Made by a program: the position numbers and the translations under genes
Shown here: one piece after another, positions 37,136-46,616 of the stretch
How positions within the stretch are numbered: position 1 is the stretch's first letter
Layout of the letters: each line of letters starts with the position of its first letter
The notes under the pieces: generated by a model
What the model was told of the DNA's origin: nothing
Seen by the model: the letters and a program-made list of their open reading frames with translations, nothing else
Database searches by the model: none
Virus record (IMG/VR): IMGVR_UViG_3300032295_004069
Reading direction: 5' to 3' (one strand)
Source: a virus
Lineage: Duplodnaviria; Heunggongvirae; Uroviricota; Caudoviricetes
DNA: 64,000 nt

Positions 37136-39340
37136 TTACAAAGATATAGAATTTTCTTCTTGATTGTATGAAGTAATGATTGTGTTTAACAATTTTTCAG
37201 ATAAAGCACCTGAAATTATAATTTTTTTTAATGTATCACAATCAATCCCGACTTCAAAAAAAACCTCTTGATTGTATCCTTTATTCTGAATCATGTCCAG
37301 GGTTGTGAGAATATTATCAGATTCACAATTGTTTATTTCAGAAATTTCAACAATATTCTCTACAATATTTGATAAAACTTGTTTTAGTTTTTGACGTAGA
37401 TTTTCAATTACTTTGAGTTTCTTTTTATTTTCCTCAATTTTTTCTGAATCAGTTCTGATAACTTTAGTTGAATCTATTCCGTCAACTTTTTCTTCAATTT
37501 GAGAAGTAACCTGAACACCTGTTAATGAATTAACCAATTCGGAATCATTTATTATTGAATCAACTTTTACGGTTTCCGCACCAACACGAATTAATGTACT
37601 AGAACTAATTAACTTTTCTGCATATTCATCAGATATGATTGGTTCCATCATACCATCATCGTTAGTAAAAATATTAACAGAACGGAGAACTCTTTTGATA
37701 CCGTCACTTAACTCATTAACCTGAACTTTCTCTCCTTCGTAAACCAAATATTCATCAATAGGGTTAACTTGTTCACGATTAGGGTCTAAGGATAATGAAA
37801 TAACATTACCGAAAACTTTTTTGTCCCCCCAATAAGTTTTACCTGGTGTTAACACTCGAGAAACTTTTTGACTAATTGTTGCATATGAACCACGGTCGAA
37901 CATCAAAAACACAGTATCAATCTCAGATACAGAAAAACTACGTGAACCCATATCTTTACTTATGAATACCACTTTTTTTCCCTCCCTTTGAGCTCGGGCA
38001 ACAACACCCTTAGCTTTCTCTTCCGCTTCTCTATTTGATGTCTCATCTCCATTAATCAACTCAACGATGTATTGAGGTCCCAAATTATTTTGAACCAACT
38101 TGTGAAATTTATTTTGTTCTTTCTTGTTTGGAGTATTAGCAAAAATCATTGAAACTTGTTTGGGACAAATTTCACTTGTGTTCAAATCAACTAAGTAAGT
38201 TAATTTACCGTTGTATTCACCATATAAAGATTTAACCAAGTTAGAAAGAATTGGTGTTGCTTTATCAACGTCTGCAAACAATTTGTTCCAATCTGTCTTA
38301 TATTGGTCAGGCACTTGATTGAAGTTATCAATGATTCCACCTAAAGCTAATCTCATAAATTGAGGAATAATAATGTCTTTAACAGAATTCTTACTCTCAT
38401 TCAGGTCATTTAGTCCAACTTGAATTGGATGTTCTCCTTTCTTAACCATCAACATATCAGTGTAGGACCATCTAATAAGATTGTCTCTGAGATTTGATAG
38501 TGGTGAAGCAACACGTTCGATTGCAGTACCAGTCATGTAGATATTCAACCCACAATTCAAATAGTCAATTTTTCCTTGACTGTTCATTCTATGAGCACCA
38601 AAGTCAGCTTCATCAATAATCGAAACCTTTTCTTTACTTGGAATTGCTTTGATATAATCCAATTTTGATTCATGTTCTCTCATATGAAGAGACATTGCAA
38701 CAACAATTAATTTATCACCATAATTTTCATTAATAACTTCTTGTAAGTTATCATCAGAGGTAACAAATACCATATTTGAAGAATACCCTTTGAAAATATA
38801 AAATTCTTTTTTAAATGATGTAATAGCAGTCAGTACGTAGGTTGGTATTATACAAATTTTTATATTATGCTCTGAAAATAATGTGCTCAATAAGTCAATC
38901 GCCCAAATTGTTTTACCAAATCTTGGAGCCAACTCTAATGCAAAATCAATTTGGTTGTATCCAAGTCGTAATTCTTCTTGATATTTTGATAAGAATTGGT
39001 TTTTGATTAGTGATTGAAAATATCGGGGATTGTACTCAACTCGAGTATCTTGTGATGATTCCGCAATAATTTGGTTCATGACCGCTATAACTTCGTCATC
39101 AGAGGTAAATCCACCATACCACTCTCTGATAATGTGAGAATACCCCATATTAGTTAATTTCTTGTGGATTTCGTAGTCAGTTAGAACGGAAACACCATCC
39201 CAAACTTTTTCAGGATTTTCAGACATCGCAGTACGAGCCTGTTCTTTAATTCTAACATCTGCAGTCCTACTGGTCTGACCAAACTTATAATTACCCTTTT
39301 GTCTATCGGTTGGAGTAGTATGTACGTATAGTGTATTCAT
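37136..39340 (-). CDS. T5orf172/GIY-YIG-like N-terminal domain fused to SF2 (DEAD-type, Res-like) helicase
   Basis: LYVHT...GNYKFGQTSR.ADVRIKE; Walker A APRFGKT; motif II IIDEADFG. Lies immediately 5' of the MTase in the same operon. Confidence 0.6.
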   Translation of the reverse strand: MNTLYVHTTPTDRQKGNYKFGQTSRTADVRIKEQARTAMSENPEKVWDGVSVLTDYEIHKKLTNMGYSHIIREWYGGFTSDDEVIAVMNQIIAESSQDTRVEYNPRYFQSLIKNQFLSKYQEELRLGYNQIDFALELAPRFGKTIWAIDLLSTLFSEHNIKICIIPTYVLTAITSFKKEFYIFKGYSSNMVFVTSDDNLQEVINENYGDKLIVVAMSLHMREHESKLDYIKAIPSKEKVSIIDEADFGAHRMNSQGKIDYLNCGLNIYMTGTAIERVASPLSNLRDNLIRWSYTDMLMVKKGEHPIQVGLNDLNESKNSVKDIIIPQFMRLALGGIIDNFNQVPDQYKTDWNKLFADVDKATPILSNLVKSLYGEYNGKLTYLVDLNTSEICPKQVSMIFANTPNKKEQNKFHKLVQNNLGPQYIVELINGDETSNREAEEKAKGVVARAQREGKKVVFISKDMGSRSFSVSEIDTVFLMFDRGSYATISQKVSRVLTPGKTYWGDKKVFGNVISLSLDPNREQVNPIDEYLVYEGEKVQVNELSDGIKRVLRSVNIFTNDDGMMEPIISDEYAEKLISSSTLIRVGAETVKVDSIINDSELVNSLTGVQVTSQIEEKVDGIDSTKVIRTDSEKIEENKKKLKVIENLRQKLKQVLSNIVENIVEISEINNCESDNILTTLDMIQNKGYNQEVFFEVGIDCDTLKKIIISGALSEKLLNTIITSYNQEENSISL

Positions 39341-39377
39341 ACCACAAAGATACTCATTAGCACGGAACCAACAAAAA

Positions 39378-40643
39378 CTATTTCAAAAGTTTTTTTCCTT
39401 CACGTTCTCTATGGAACTTGATGGCGAATCTGTGGATTTCTTCCTGTATAACTCCAAGCGTAGTCCAAGACATTGGTACCTCTATACCATCAGTCAAATG
39501 GATTGTTTGGGACCTGTGGTTTTGGTCTTTGGATATTGAAATAAGGTCCACTTTATCAAGGAGGTTAAGTGATTCTAAAATCCCCTTGGCTGAGTTTAAT
39601 TGTCCCTTCCCACCGTCGATAAGAACAAGGTGAGGTAGTTGACCCTTTTCATCCAAAAGTCTCTTAAAACGTCTATAAATCACTTCTTGGAAAGACGCGC
39701 AGTCATTACCTTTGTTACCCTCTTCACGGATGATATACTTTCTGTATTCAGACTTCTGAGGTCTGTCGTTCACATATCTAACAGACGCAGCAACATTAGA
39801 GTCACCCTGATTGTGAGAGTTATCAAACGCTTCGATGATTAGTGGAAGGTTCTTGAGACCAAGAGCTTTCTTGAATTCCATAGCCTTCTTGTTGTACATT
39901 CTAACTCGAACAGGTTCAAGTTTCTGTTCAAGGATATCTACATTCTTTAGTCTGTGAAGATAGTCGTGAGCCTTCTCGAACTTTAGGTCATCAGCAAATC
40001 TTTTCATCTCAGAAGAGATATGTTTTCTGAGTTCTTTGAATTGGAGTGAGAATACTTTTTTTGCAATGAAAGAGACTTTCATGTACTCAAGGCTGGACTG
40101 AAGTCCCAAGCAAGGTGCTTCACATCTACCCAAATGATATTCAAGACAAGGTTTGAATTTACCCGCCTGAATATTTTCACTCAAGAGATTGTAAGAACAA
40201 GACCTGAGAGGTAAAAGGTCGTGAATCAAAGTATATACCTCTTGAGCAAGTTGACCTGAGGTAAAACTGATACCATCAGTGTCTTCAACCACACCGTGAG
40301 TTACTTGAAGTTTTGGAAATGGTTCTTTGGTGAGAGATAGAAACCAAGTTCTTGATTTATCATCTTTACCTTTGATGTTGAACTTTGGTTGGTAGAGTTT
40401 GATTAACTCTTCCTCCATCAATAAGGCTTCCGCTTCAGATGAAGCGATTTGATATTCAACGTCTTTGATTTGTTCAACAAGAGTTCTTGTCTTCTTGTCG
40501 TCGTGTTTTTTTGAGAAATAAGAAGCAACACGCTTTGGTAGAAACTTGGACATCCCTACATAGATAACCTGCTCCTTATCATCTTTGTAGATGTAACAGC
40601 CAGGGTACTGAGGAGCAGATTTTATTTTTTGTTTGAGGTCCAT
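39378..40643 (-). CDS. UvrC-like dual-nuclease (GIY-YIG + Cys cluster + RNase H-like DxSH), lacks the C-terminal HhH region
   Basis: GCYIYKDDKEQVIYVGMSKFLPKRVASYF; CSYNL...CLEYHLGRCEAPC; IEAFDNSHNQG. Confidence 0.7.
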   Translation of the reverse strand: MDLKQKIKSAPQYPGCYIYKDDKEQVIYVGMSKFLPKRVASYFSKKHDDKKTRTLVEQIKDVEYQIASSEAEALLMEEELIKLYQPKFNIKGKDDKSRTWFLSLTKEPFPKLQVTHGVVEDTDGISFTSGQLAQEVYTLIHDLLPLRSCSYNLLSENIQAGKFKPCLEYHLGRCEAPCLGLQSSLEYMKVSFIAKKVFSLQFKELRKHISSEMKRFADDLKFEKAHDYLHRLKNVDILEQKLEPVRVRMYNKKAMEFKKALGLKNLPLIIEAFDNSHNQGDSNVAASVRYVNDRPQKSEYRKYIIREEGNKGNDCASFQEVIYRRFKRLLDEKGQLPHLVLIDGGKGQLNSAKGILESLNLLDKVDLISISKDQNHRSQTIHLTDGIEVPMSWTTLGVIQEEIHRFAIKFHREREGKKLLK

Positions 40644-40894
40644 TTATTTCTGTGTCTATAAAACCAAATGAGGTGAATAACAATAACGCACGAATTTACA
40701 ACAATTGTTGGACCTGCAGAAATTCCAAGTCCATAAATTATCCAAAAGACGGCACCTACCGTATTAACCAATCTGAGTTTGAAGATATCTTCAATCAGAA
40801 AGGACGTTAGGATAAGTGCCGTCCCGATATATCCAAAAATTTCCCAATTAATCATTTTGTGAGAAGGCTTTATCTGCCCAAGTTTTAGCTCCAA
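40622..40894 (-). CDS. small membrane protein (2-3 TM helices)
   Basis: Hydrophobic segments FGYIGTALILTSFLI and GAVFWIIYGLGISAG. Confidence 0.4.
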   Translation of the reverse strand: MELKLGQIKPSHKMINWEIFGYIGTALILTSFLIEDIFKLRLVNTVGAVFWIIYGLGISAGPTIVVNSCVIVIHLIWFYRHRNKWTSNKK

Positions 40895-41312
40895 CGAAAG
40901 ACCACAAGTTCATATCACACATATCAGGGAAAGAAGTTCTCATGTCCCCAACAGTAAGTACTTTTAAGAAACCAAGGTCGATGGAGTACCATTTACCACC
41001 TTTTGTTGTATACACATTGAACCAATGTCCTGATTCACTTTTCACCTGAATATTCACCAGTGAGTTCTTGCTGTATCCTGCGATTACGCTGTGAGGAGTA
41101 CCTTTGCTGTCGTGGATATTAATGAAACCCGCTTGGCATTTACCAGCAACACGGAATTCATATTCTTTATCAGTGTCTTTGAGGAAATTAGAGACGCTCA
41201 CTGAGGTTCTTTTACCTTTAACTACGGTGTCGAAAGAACCATAGAATACGTCAGAGGTTAAAACAGAGTCGGTGTTTACTTTAACAACGGGAAGGGTGGT
41301 GGTTGGAGTCAT
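40848..41312 (-). CDS. GC-richer beta-rich hypothetical protein (MTPTTTLPVVKV...), candidate structural protein
   Basis: Track start at 41336 is TTG; ATG at 41312; shares the 19-nt upstream motif with 33545..34288. Confidence 0.45.
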   Translation of the reverse strand: MTPTTTLPVVKVNTDSVLTSDVFYGSFDTVVKGKRTSVSVSNFLKDTDKEYEFRVAGKCQAGFINIHDSKGTPHSVIAGYSKNSLVNIQVKSESGHWFNVYTTKGGKWYSIDLGFLKVLTVGDMRTSFPDMCDMNLWSFVGAKTWADKAFSQND

Positions 41313-41451
41313 ATGTTTGTGTTTTTGTGAATACAAATATACGACCCCTTTTTTTACCAGCCAAATATTTTTTTATGGACTTCAAAATTTCTTTGGTCCC
41401 GTGCCATTTGGTCCCTTCTTCTGTGGTATTCTTGATAAGAAATTATTTCCA

Positions 41452-41874
41452 TTATACCTTATCACAGATATTTGGTTGGAAACATCCCTGTCCTCCGCCT
41501 TCAACATAACCTATTCTATCGTAGATGTTTGTTGACCTGAGGTAAGGACTCTCCATTCCACAGATTACACATCTGTCTTTCTCATCCATCTTTGGGTCTC
41601 CGTTGAGAACACAAGAGAGGTGGTCGTAACCCACAAGATAATCATACTCAATCTCTGAAGTGTCTCCACCACAAATTGAGCAAGTCCAAGGACGGATAAT
41701 TTTGTTAACTGTTCCGTCAGGTGCAATGTCTAAGAAAAAATGTTCGTCATCCATAGGTGGTCCTTCTTGATTTCGTCTTTCTTGCCAGTATCTATTTCTA
41801 ACATACTCACCCAAGTCAAAATCATTGGGTCTGTTTAGAATTTCTTCAGCAGAAAGAGTAACGTTAATACTCAT
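41452..41874 (-). CDS. Cys-rich zinc-ribbon-like protein
   Basis: CSIC..., CVICG..., C...C pairs. Confidence 0.4.
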   Translation of the reverse strand: MSINVTLSAEEILNRPNDFDLGEYVRNRYWQERRNQEGPPMDDEHFFLDIAPDGTVNKIIRPWTCSICGGDTSEIEYDYLVGYDHLSCVLNGDPKMDEKDRCVICGMESPYLRSTNIYDRIGYVEGGGQGCFQPNICDKV

Positions 41875-41932
41875 AAAAATGTTTTTAAAACAATATGATA
41901 CAAAAACAAAAAAACAAATCTATTTATGTAAT

Positions 41933-42349
41933 ATGGCAAAAAAAATGACCGATTCGGAAAGAGATAGAATGGTTGAAGTTCTCAGTGAAAAATACAAATT
42001 TTTACTGACGAATGATTTAATGAAAACCTATGACGTTCAAAGTGTTTTAATTGATGAAATCATTCTAAATGATGACGGTTCAATTGAAGAAATTAATATG
42101 GAGATTGTATTAGATTACTTAGCGAGTTGTGATGGTGATTCATATTCAATCGGACATATGTTAAGAAGAATCTCCGAAGACGTTTCAGACGTATTATACA
42201 AATACGTAATAGATAATAAAACTTTCAAATTCACAAGGGATGAATCATTTCCTGTTCAAGTAAGTGAACCTTTCTTTTTGACTTTTGATTATAAAGCAGA
42301 TGAAACCCATCTAGCCAGACTTTGGGTAAAATATGAATATGGTCTCTAA
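41933..42349 (+). CDS. hypothetical protein (MAKKMTDSERDRMVEVL...)
   Basis: ATG at 41933 after CTATTTATGTAAT. Confidence 0.45.
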   Translation: MAKKMTDSERDRMVEVLSEKYKFLLTNDLMKTYDVQSVLIDEIILNDDGSIEEINMEIVLDYLASCDGDSYSIGHMLRRISEDVSDVLYKYVIDNKTFKFTRDESFPVQVSEPFFLTFDYKADETHLARLWVKYEYGL

Positions 42350-43211
42350 CGAAAAAATATATAAGATAGCCAAGGGTTTATATGAATACATGGACATAAA
42401 AGGTTTGGATTCCCCAACCTCAGTTGTTTCACTTTTCAAAAATAACAAATCACAATACACCGAATATCTAAAAAATTTCCCACCAGAAACTGTTTTGAAA
42501 GTAATGATTGCATTTTGGGGTATTTCAAGGGGAATGACCTTATCTGAGATTGAATTTATGTACGAAGACCTATTCTTTGCAACAGTTTTCTACACTCAAG
42601 GTTATTACCATGAAGAACAATGTGAACAATGTGATGGTAGTGGAAATGAAGAGTGTGATTACTGTGACGGTAGAGGTGAATCATCTTGTGATGATTGCGA
42701 TGGTGATGGTAATATAACTTGTGATGCTTGTGATGGAGAAGGACAAGTTGAAGATGGGTCAGGGGACATGGTACCTTGTACTAAATGTGATGGTGAAGGT
42801 ACTGAAACTTGTGATAGTTGCGACGGTGAAGGGAATAAAAGATGTGATTATTGTTATGGAAACGGGTCTGAAGATTGTTCTAATTGTGAGGGAAGTGGTA
42901 CATTGGAATCAGATTACAATAAAGACTATTCTGTAGATTTTATTGCCTGTTGGAGAAGGTCATTCAAAGATAAATGTGAATTAGAACAAGGAACTACTAA
43001 CCCTGTTGCAACTTTAGATAAGTTTCAAAGAAGTAATCAAATTATGATTTTAGCCTCTGAAGAATCGGACGCAGAGCTTGAGGAAGAAGTTTCCGATAAC
43101 AAAGTATACTGTTTAGAATATTTGGGTGATTCTGCTGAACTCATGTTAAACACTCTGAATAATCTAACTTTCAGAATGGTCGGTTACGATGATAGCCACT
43201 TATTATTATGA
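42333..43211 (+). CDS. acidic protein with eight tandem DnaJ-type CxxCxGxG zinc-finger repeats
   Basis: CEQCDGSG, CDYCDGRG, CDDCDGDG, CDACDGEG, CTKCDGEG, CDSCDGEG, CDYCYGNG, CSNCEGSG. Confidence 0.6.
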   Translation: MNMVSNEKIYKIAKGLYEYMDIKGLDSPTSVVSLFKNNKSQYTEYLKNFPPETVLKVMIAFWGISRGMTLSEIEFMYEDLFFATVFYTQGYYHEEQCEQCDGSGNEECDYCDGRGESSCDDCDGDGNITCDACDGEGQVEDGSGDMVPCTKCDGEGTETCDSCDGEGNKRCDYCYGNGSEDCSNCEGSGTLESDYNKDYSVDFIACWRRSFKDKCELEQGTTNPVATLDKFQRSNQIMILASEESDAELEEEVSDNKVYCLEYLGDSAELMLNTLNNLTFRMVGYDDSHLLL

Positions 43212-43687
43212 CGGACGTGAATATTTTTTTAAGGGTTATACAAAAAGAAGGGTATCCCAACCCTAACTTACACTCTATTGCCAGGATGGTTGACTATAAT
43301 TTGGAAAATTTCTTGGTTGATTTGAAAGAAGAAATAGGTGAAGATGGTGTTAAAGATTTTTGTGATAAGGCAATTGAAAAAATATCAGCTGAAGATGGAA
43401 TCAAAATTGAACTAGATTCCGATGAATTCGTATACCTTCATGTTTACCCATTATTCTATGACGAAGATGAGAGTGAGAATGATGTGGTATCAAATTATGA
43501 GTGGGGTAAATCAAGACTATTGAGCTCGGACGAAGATGGTAAAGAATACTATACAACTATAGAACAAATAATAGACAACACAGATATGGGTGGATGGTCT
43601 GAACTTGACGAATTACTTGACCATATCAAAATGAAAGCCTACAACCACATTAACCAACTGTGCGGTTTTGGTGTTTGGTGGGAATAA
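43208..43687 (+). CDS. hypothetical acidic protein
   Basis: ATG at 43208 overlapping the previous stop. Confidence 0.45.
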   Translation: MTDVNIFLRVIQKEGYPNPNLHSIARMVDYNLENFLVDLKEEIGEDGVKDFCDKAIEKISAEDGIKIELDSDEFVYLHVYPLFYDEDESENDVVSNYEWGKSRLLSSDEDGKEYYTTIEQIIDNTDMGGWSELDELLDHIKMKAYNHINQLCGFGVWWE

Positions 43688-43710
43688 AAAATGGGAGACC
43701 GAAGTCTCCC
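43684..43710 (-). terminator. hairpin GGGAGAC-CGAA-GTCTCCC with U-tract on minus RNA (also ends the plus operon)
   Basis: Read directly; lies between the convergent genes 43208..43687 (+) and 43752..44051 (-). Confidence 0.6.
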
Positions 43711-43751
43711 ACAGGGGCTGTACGGTTTTAACAGCCACTCCACCACCAAGT

Positions 43752-44051
43752 TTATCTAACTTGGAAACCTTTTTTGAAAAGTAAGTTTGCCAGGTATTCA
43801 ATCTGTTCTTTCTCTTGATAAGCCAAGACATCATCACTCGCACCGTCAAAATAATATTTTGTGACGAAATCCCCTGAAGATTTTTCCATGATTGCCACTT
43901 CAAAATCTTTATCAAAGTCCCCATAAAGTCCACGTCCTCCACCAACAATAGAAAGAATTACTTTATCGTCGAACAATACTGTCTGACGAGCCCCTTCCAT
44001 CTGATTGGGATGTGGTTTTGAATAACTGATGATGTCTTCTACTGTAATCAT
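43752..44051 (-). CDS. hypothetical protein
   Basis: ORF with 4-nt overlap to the next gene. Confidence 0.4.
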   Translation of the reverse strand: MITVEDIISYSKPHPNQMEGARQTVLFDDKVILSIVGGGRGLYGDFDKDFEVAIMEKSSGDFVTKYYFDGASDDVLAYQEKEQIEYLANLLFKKGFQVR

Positions 44052-44311
44052 TTTGAGTTCAATAATTGTTTTAATTTAATCTCAAGGAGTTCAATGTTGT
44101 CCTTGTCTTTTCTGTTCTTGTTTGGTTTGGTCTGAAGACATTCTATAATCTCTCGAATATAATCCGCTTCAGTTTGTTCCTGAGGTTCGACGGTCTTACT
44201 TGTTGGTTTAACCTCAGGTTCATCATCTTTGGCATTCTTCTCACCAAGTTTGTAAGCCCCATAGATTAGAGCTCCGAAGAATGCATATCTTAGTACTTCT
44301 CGTGTGTTCAT
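44048..44311 (-). CDS. small single-TM protein
   Basis: VLRYAFFGALIYGAYKLG TM helix. Confidence 0.4.
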   Translation of the reverse strand: MNTREVLRYAFFGALIYGAYKLGEKNAKDDEPEVKPTSKTVEPQEQTEADYIREIIECLQTKPNKNRKDKDNIELLEIKLKQLLNSK

Positions 44312-44589
44312 CGTATTACCTCCGCTTCAATTTTAGATTTGTTAACTAAATGGTCGGTCAAGGTGTACATATCAACCTTGGTAGTGATGATAGAGTTCAC
44401 CAAGTGTTTGAATGGAACGTGAACCATAAAATCCACCCCGTTGAAAAAGGTAAGGTCGTTTTTGGTTTCAATACAACCTTGAACAAGTTTCAAGAATAAC
44501 TTGAACTGGCCAGGGTTTACAAAGGTCTCGTCCAAAAGGACTCCGAAGGTCTCGTGTTGAATCTTAACGTGGTGGCTTGGTAGGTTCAT
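44308..44589 (-). CDS. hypothetical protein
   Basis: ORF with 4-nt overlap. Confidence 0.4.
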   Translation of the reverse strand: MNLPSHHVKIQHETFGVLLDETFVNPGQFKLFLKLVQGCIETKNDLTFFNGVDFMVHVPFKHLVNSIITTKVDMYTLTDHLVNKSKIEAEVIR

Positions 44590-44642
44590 ATCTCTTTATT
44601 TTTAACAAAGATACAGTTTTTTTTCAAACAACAAAAATTATT

Positions 44643-45203
44643 TTACTGAGAAATTGTTAAAGGTGTAACAGGTTGTTTTCCATCAGACATTACCCTGTAA
44701 GTTGTAATCAAACCAAGGTCAGGGAAGCTAACCTGTTCGACAGAGATACCCCACTTTTCAACCTGTTCATTAACTTCAGGAGTGACCACACTTCCCAAAT
44801 CATAAAGGTCACTCCATTTACTTCCCTCAACAACATCACGAATAATACCCTGTGTTGTATCAACAAGAACGTCATTTGCATGCATCACTCCAAGGAGGAA
44901 TTTTTCAACATCATGGATGTGGTATCTCACAATACTTGATAGAACCACACTCTTTTCATCCACGGAGGTTACAGTCTGAGGAGAAAGGTTGACCGTTTGA
45001 GTGATTACAGGAGTTGTGAGGATTTGGTCGAAGAATGGAATTTTCCAATTAAGACCAGGATTTACAACTTTGAGGAAATTACCTGTTCTTAAATGAACAC
45101 CCTTTTCCCATTGGTCAACAATTTTCCAAGGTAAGATGTCGTGGATGAATGTTACAATAAGGTCAATGAGTTTATCAAACATATTTTGTGTTTTAGACCA
45201 CAA
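44643..45203 (-). CDS. SPFH (band-7/prohibitin)-domain protein, short form
   Basis: GVHLRTGNFLKVVNPGLNWKIPFFDQI matches the SPFH N-terminal core (G.rGVv.rfGk...pGlhfkiPf.d). Confidence 0.55.
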   Translation of the reverse strand: MWSKTQNMFDKLIDLIVTFIHDILPWKIVDQWEKGVHLRTGNFLKVVNPGLNWKIPFFDQILTTPVITQTVNLSPQTVTSVDEKSVVLSSIVRYHIHDVEKFLLGVMHANDVLVDTTQGIIRDVVEGSKWSDLYDLGSVVTPEVNEQVEKWGISVEQVSFPDLGLITTYRVMSDGKQPVTPLTISQ

Positions 45204-45232
45204 AGATAGGGAAAATTCCTGAATCCACGAAA

Positions 45233-45275
45233 TAAAAAAACCCCAAGTTATCCTTGGGGTTTAAATATTTTTTAA
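45233..45275. terminator. bidirectional terminator CCCCAAG...CTTGGGG flanked by an A-run and a T-run
   Basis: aaaaaaaccccaagttatccttggggtttaaatatttttt. Confidence 0.65.
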
Positions 45276-45835
45276 ATGTTTGAAGTTATATCTCCACTAT
45301 TTTGGGGTTGAGTGGTTGTATTTTGTGTAACTTGGTTTTGGTCGGTAACTGTTGGGTCAACCGCGGTTAAGTCATCATCGACACCTGTAGTATTACTCAC
45401 AGTTGTGATATCTACACCACTTGGTTCAGTTGTACTAACATTTTGTAAATCAGGTACAAGACTAGGGTCAATATCGTTAGGGTTAGTTAAATAATCATTT
45501 TTATATTTTGTCCAAGCGGCAGATGTAAATCTACCGAATTTACCATCTGCGCCGAATCTACCTAATTCTGAAGTGTTACCTTTACTAACAACCCAATCTT
45601 GGAAAGCTTTAACACCTGTACTATCTTTCAATTCGGGGGGAATTGTATAAAGGGTCCTACGCGGTTGGGTGTTACCACCAGCGTTACCACCACCAGCGTT
45701 ACCACCACCTGAAGCATCAGGAGGAGTTCCAATAATTTGTTCGAAAATTTGTGTATTTTCAGTATCAGTTTTTGCCCAGTTGTATACCATCAACTTTTGC
45801 ATCTGCTTTATTTCATTAATAATTTCCTTTCTCAT
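45272..45835 (-). CDS. putative peptidoglycan-binding (PG_binding_1-like) protein with Gly/Asn-rich linker
   Basis: ATG at 45835 preferred over the overlapping track start at 45976; KAFQDWVVSKGNTSELGRFGADGKFGRFTSAAWTKY. Confidence 0.5.
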   Translation of the reverse strand: MRKEIINEIKQMQKLMVYNWAKTDTENTQIFEQIIGTPPDASGGGNAGGGNAGGNTQPRRTLYTIPPELKDSTGVKAFQDWVVSKGNTSELGRFGADGKFGRFTSAAWTKYKNDYLTNPNDIDPSLVPDLQNVSTTEPSGVDITTVSNTTGVDDDLTAVDPTVTDQNQVTQNTTTQPQNSGDITSNI

Positions 45836-45836
45836 A

Positions 45837-46571
45837 TTAATTTGTTTTTGCTGTCCAAGTTCCAAGAACAAGTCCACGTTGTTTACCAGGTCCACCTTCA
45901 CTACAAGCTCCTTTGGTAGTCCATTTCTTTCCACCTTTTTGATAAAGTATATTATTACCAACAGGAGCACCTTCACCTAAATCTCTACCATCCAAATAGA
46001 ATTGGAGCGTTCCTCCTTGCCATTGAACCTCGGCGTATTGATTTGGTGCTGTCCCATAAGCCTTGAAAGTTGATTCAGACTCAACACAAGAAAACATATT
46101 CGATTGAGTCGCTGGATTCTGTTGTGTTACCGCTGGAGGAGCTTCTAAACTCCTACAGAATTTATTTTCATCGTTAATTAAACCTATTAATTCATCTTTA
46201 ACCGCATCAGATTGAATATCTGCTTCTTCCAAATCCCCTTTAAGACTTCCTGTGTTACCAGTTCCATCAAACAAACCCTCTTCCTCAGCGGCTTTGGATG
46301 CATAAAACTTATCAAATTGTTTGTAGGCACACTTACCAGTTCTGGCAGAAGCCGTACCAAATACTTCATCTTGTAAGATTTCTTGAATCTTTTCCACGTC
46401 AGAGTTTTCTACATCCCCTAACATCAAGTCAACGACTTTGTTAGCAACATCTCTGAGTGTAGCGTCATCCAACCTAATAACAGTGTTTGTAGGTGCTTGT
46501 TCCGAAATCATACTCTTTTTTATTAACTTGATGAGTTCAGATTCCGTGAGTCTAATTTTTTTCTTAGCCAT
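45837..46571 (-). CDS. leader-family protein (MAKKKIRLTESELIKLIKKSMISEQ)
   Basis: ATG at 46571. Confidence 0.55.
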   Translation of the reverse strand: MAKKKIRLTESELIKLIKKSMISEQAPTNTVIRLDDATLRDVANKVVDLMLGDVENSDVEKIQEILQDEVFGTASARTGKCAYKQFDKFYASKAAEEEGLFDGTGNTGSLKGDLEEADIQSDAVKDELIGLINDENKFCRSLEAPPAVTQQNPATQSNMFSCVESESTFKAYGTAPNQYAEVQWQGGTLQFYLDGRDLGEGAPVGNNILYQKGGKKWTTKGACSEGGPGKQRGLVLGTWTAKTN

Positions 46572-46616
46572 TTCGATTTTTATTTAATAAATATTCATTC
46601 TATGATTATAAATCAA

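Noticed and set aside
33545-41336. Apparent shared N-terminus MYSQN/MYSQK of two proteins
   Set aside because: Artefact of translating the shared upstream DNA element from a TTG; true starts are the downstream ATGs
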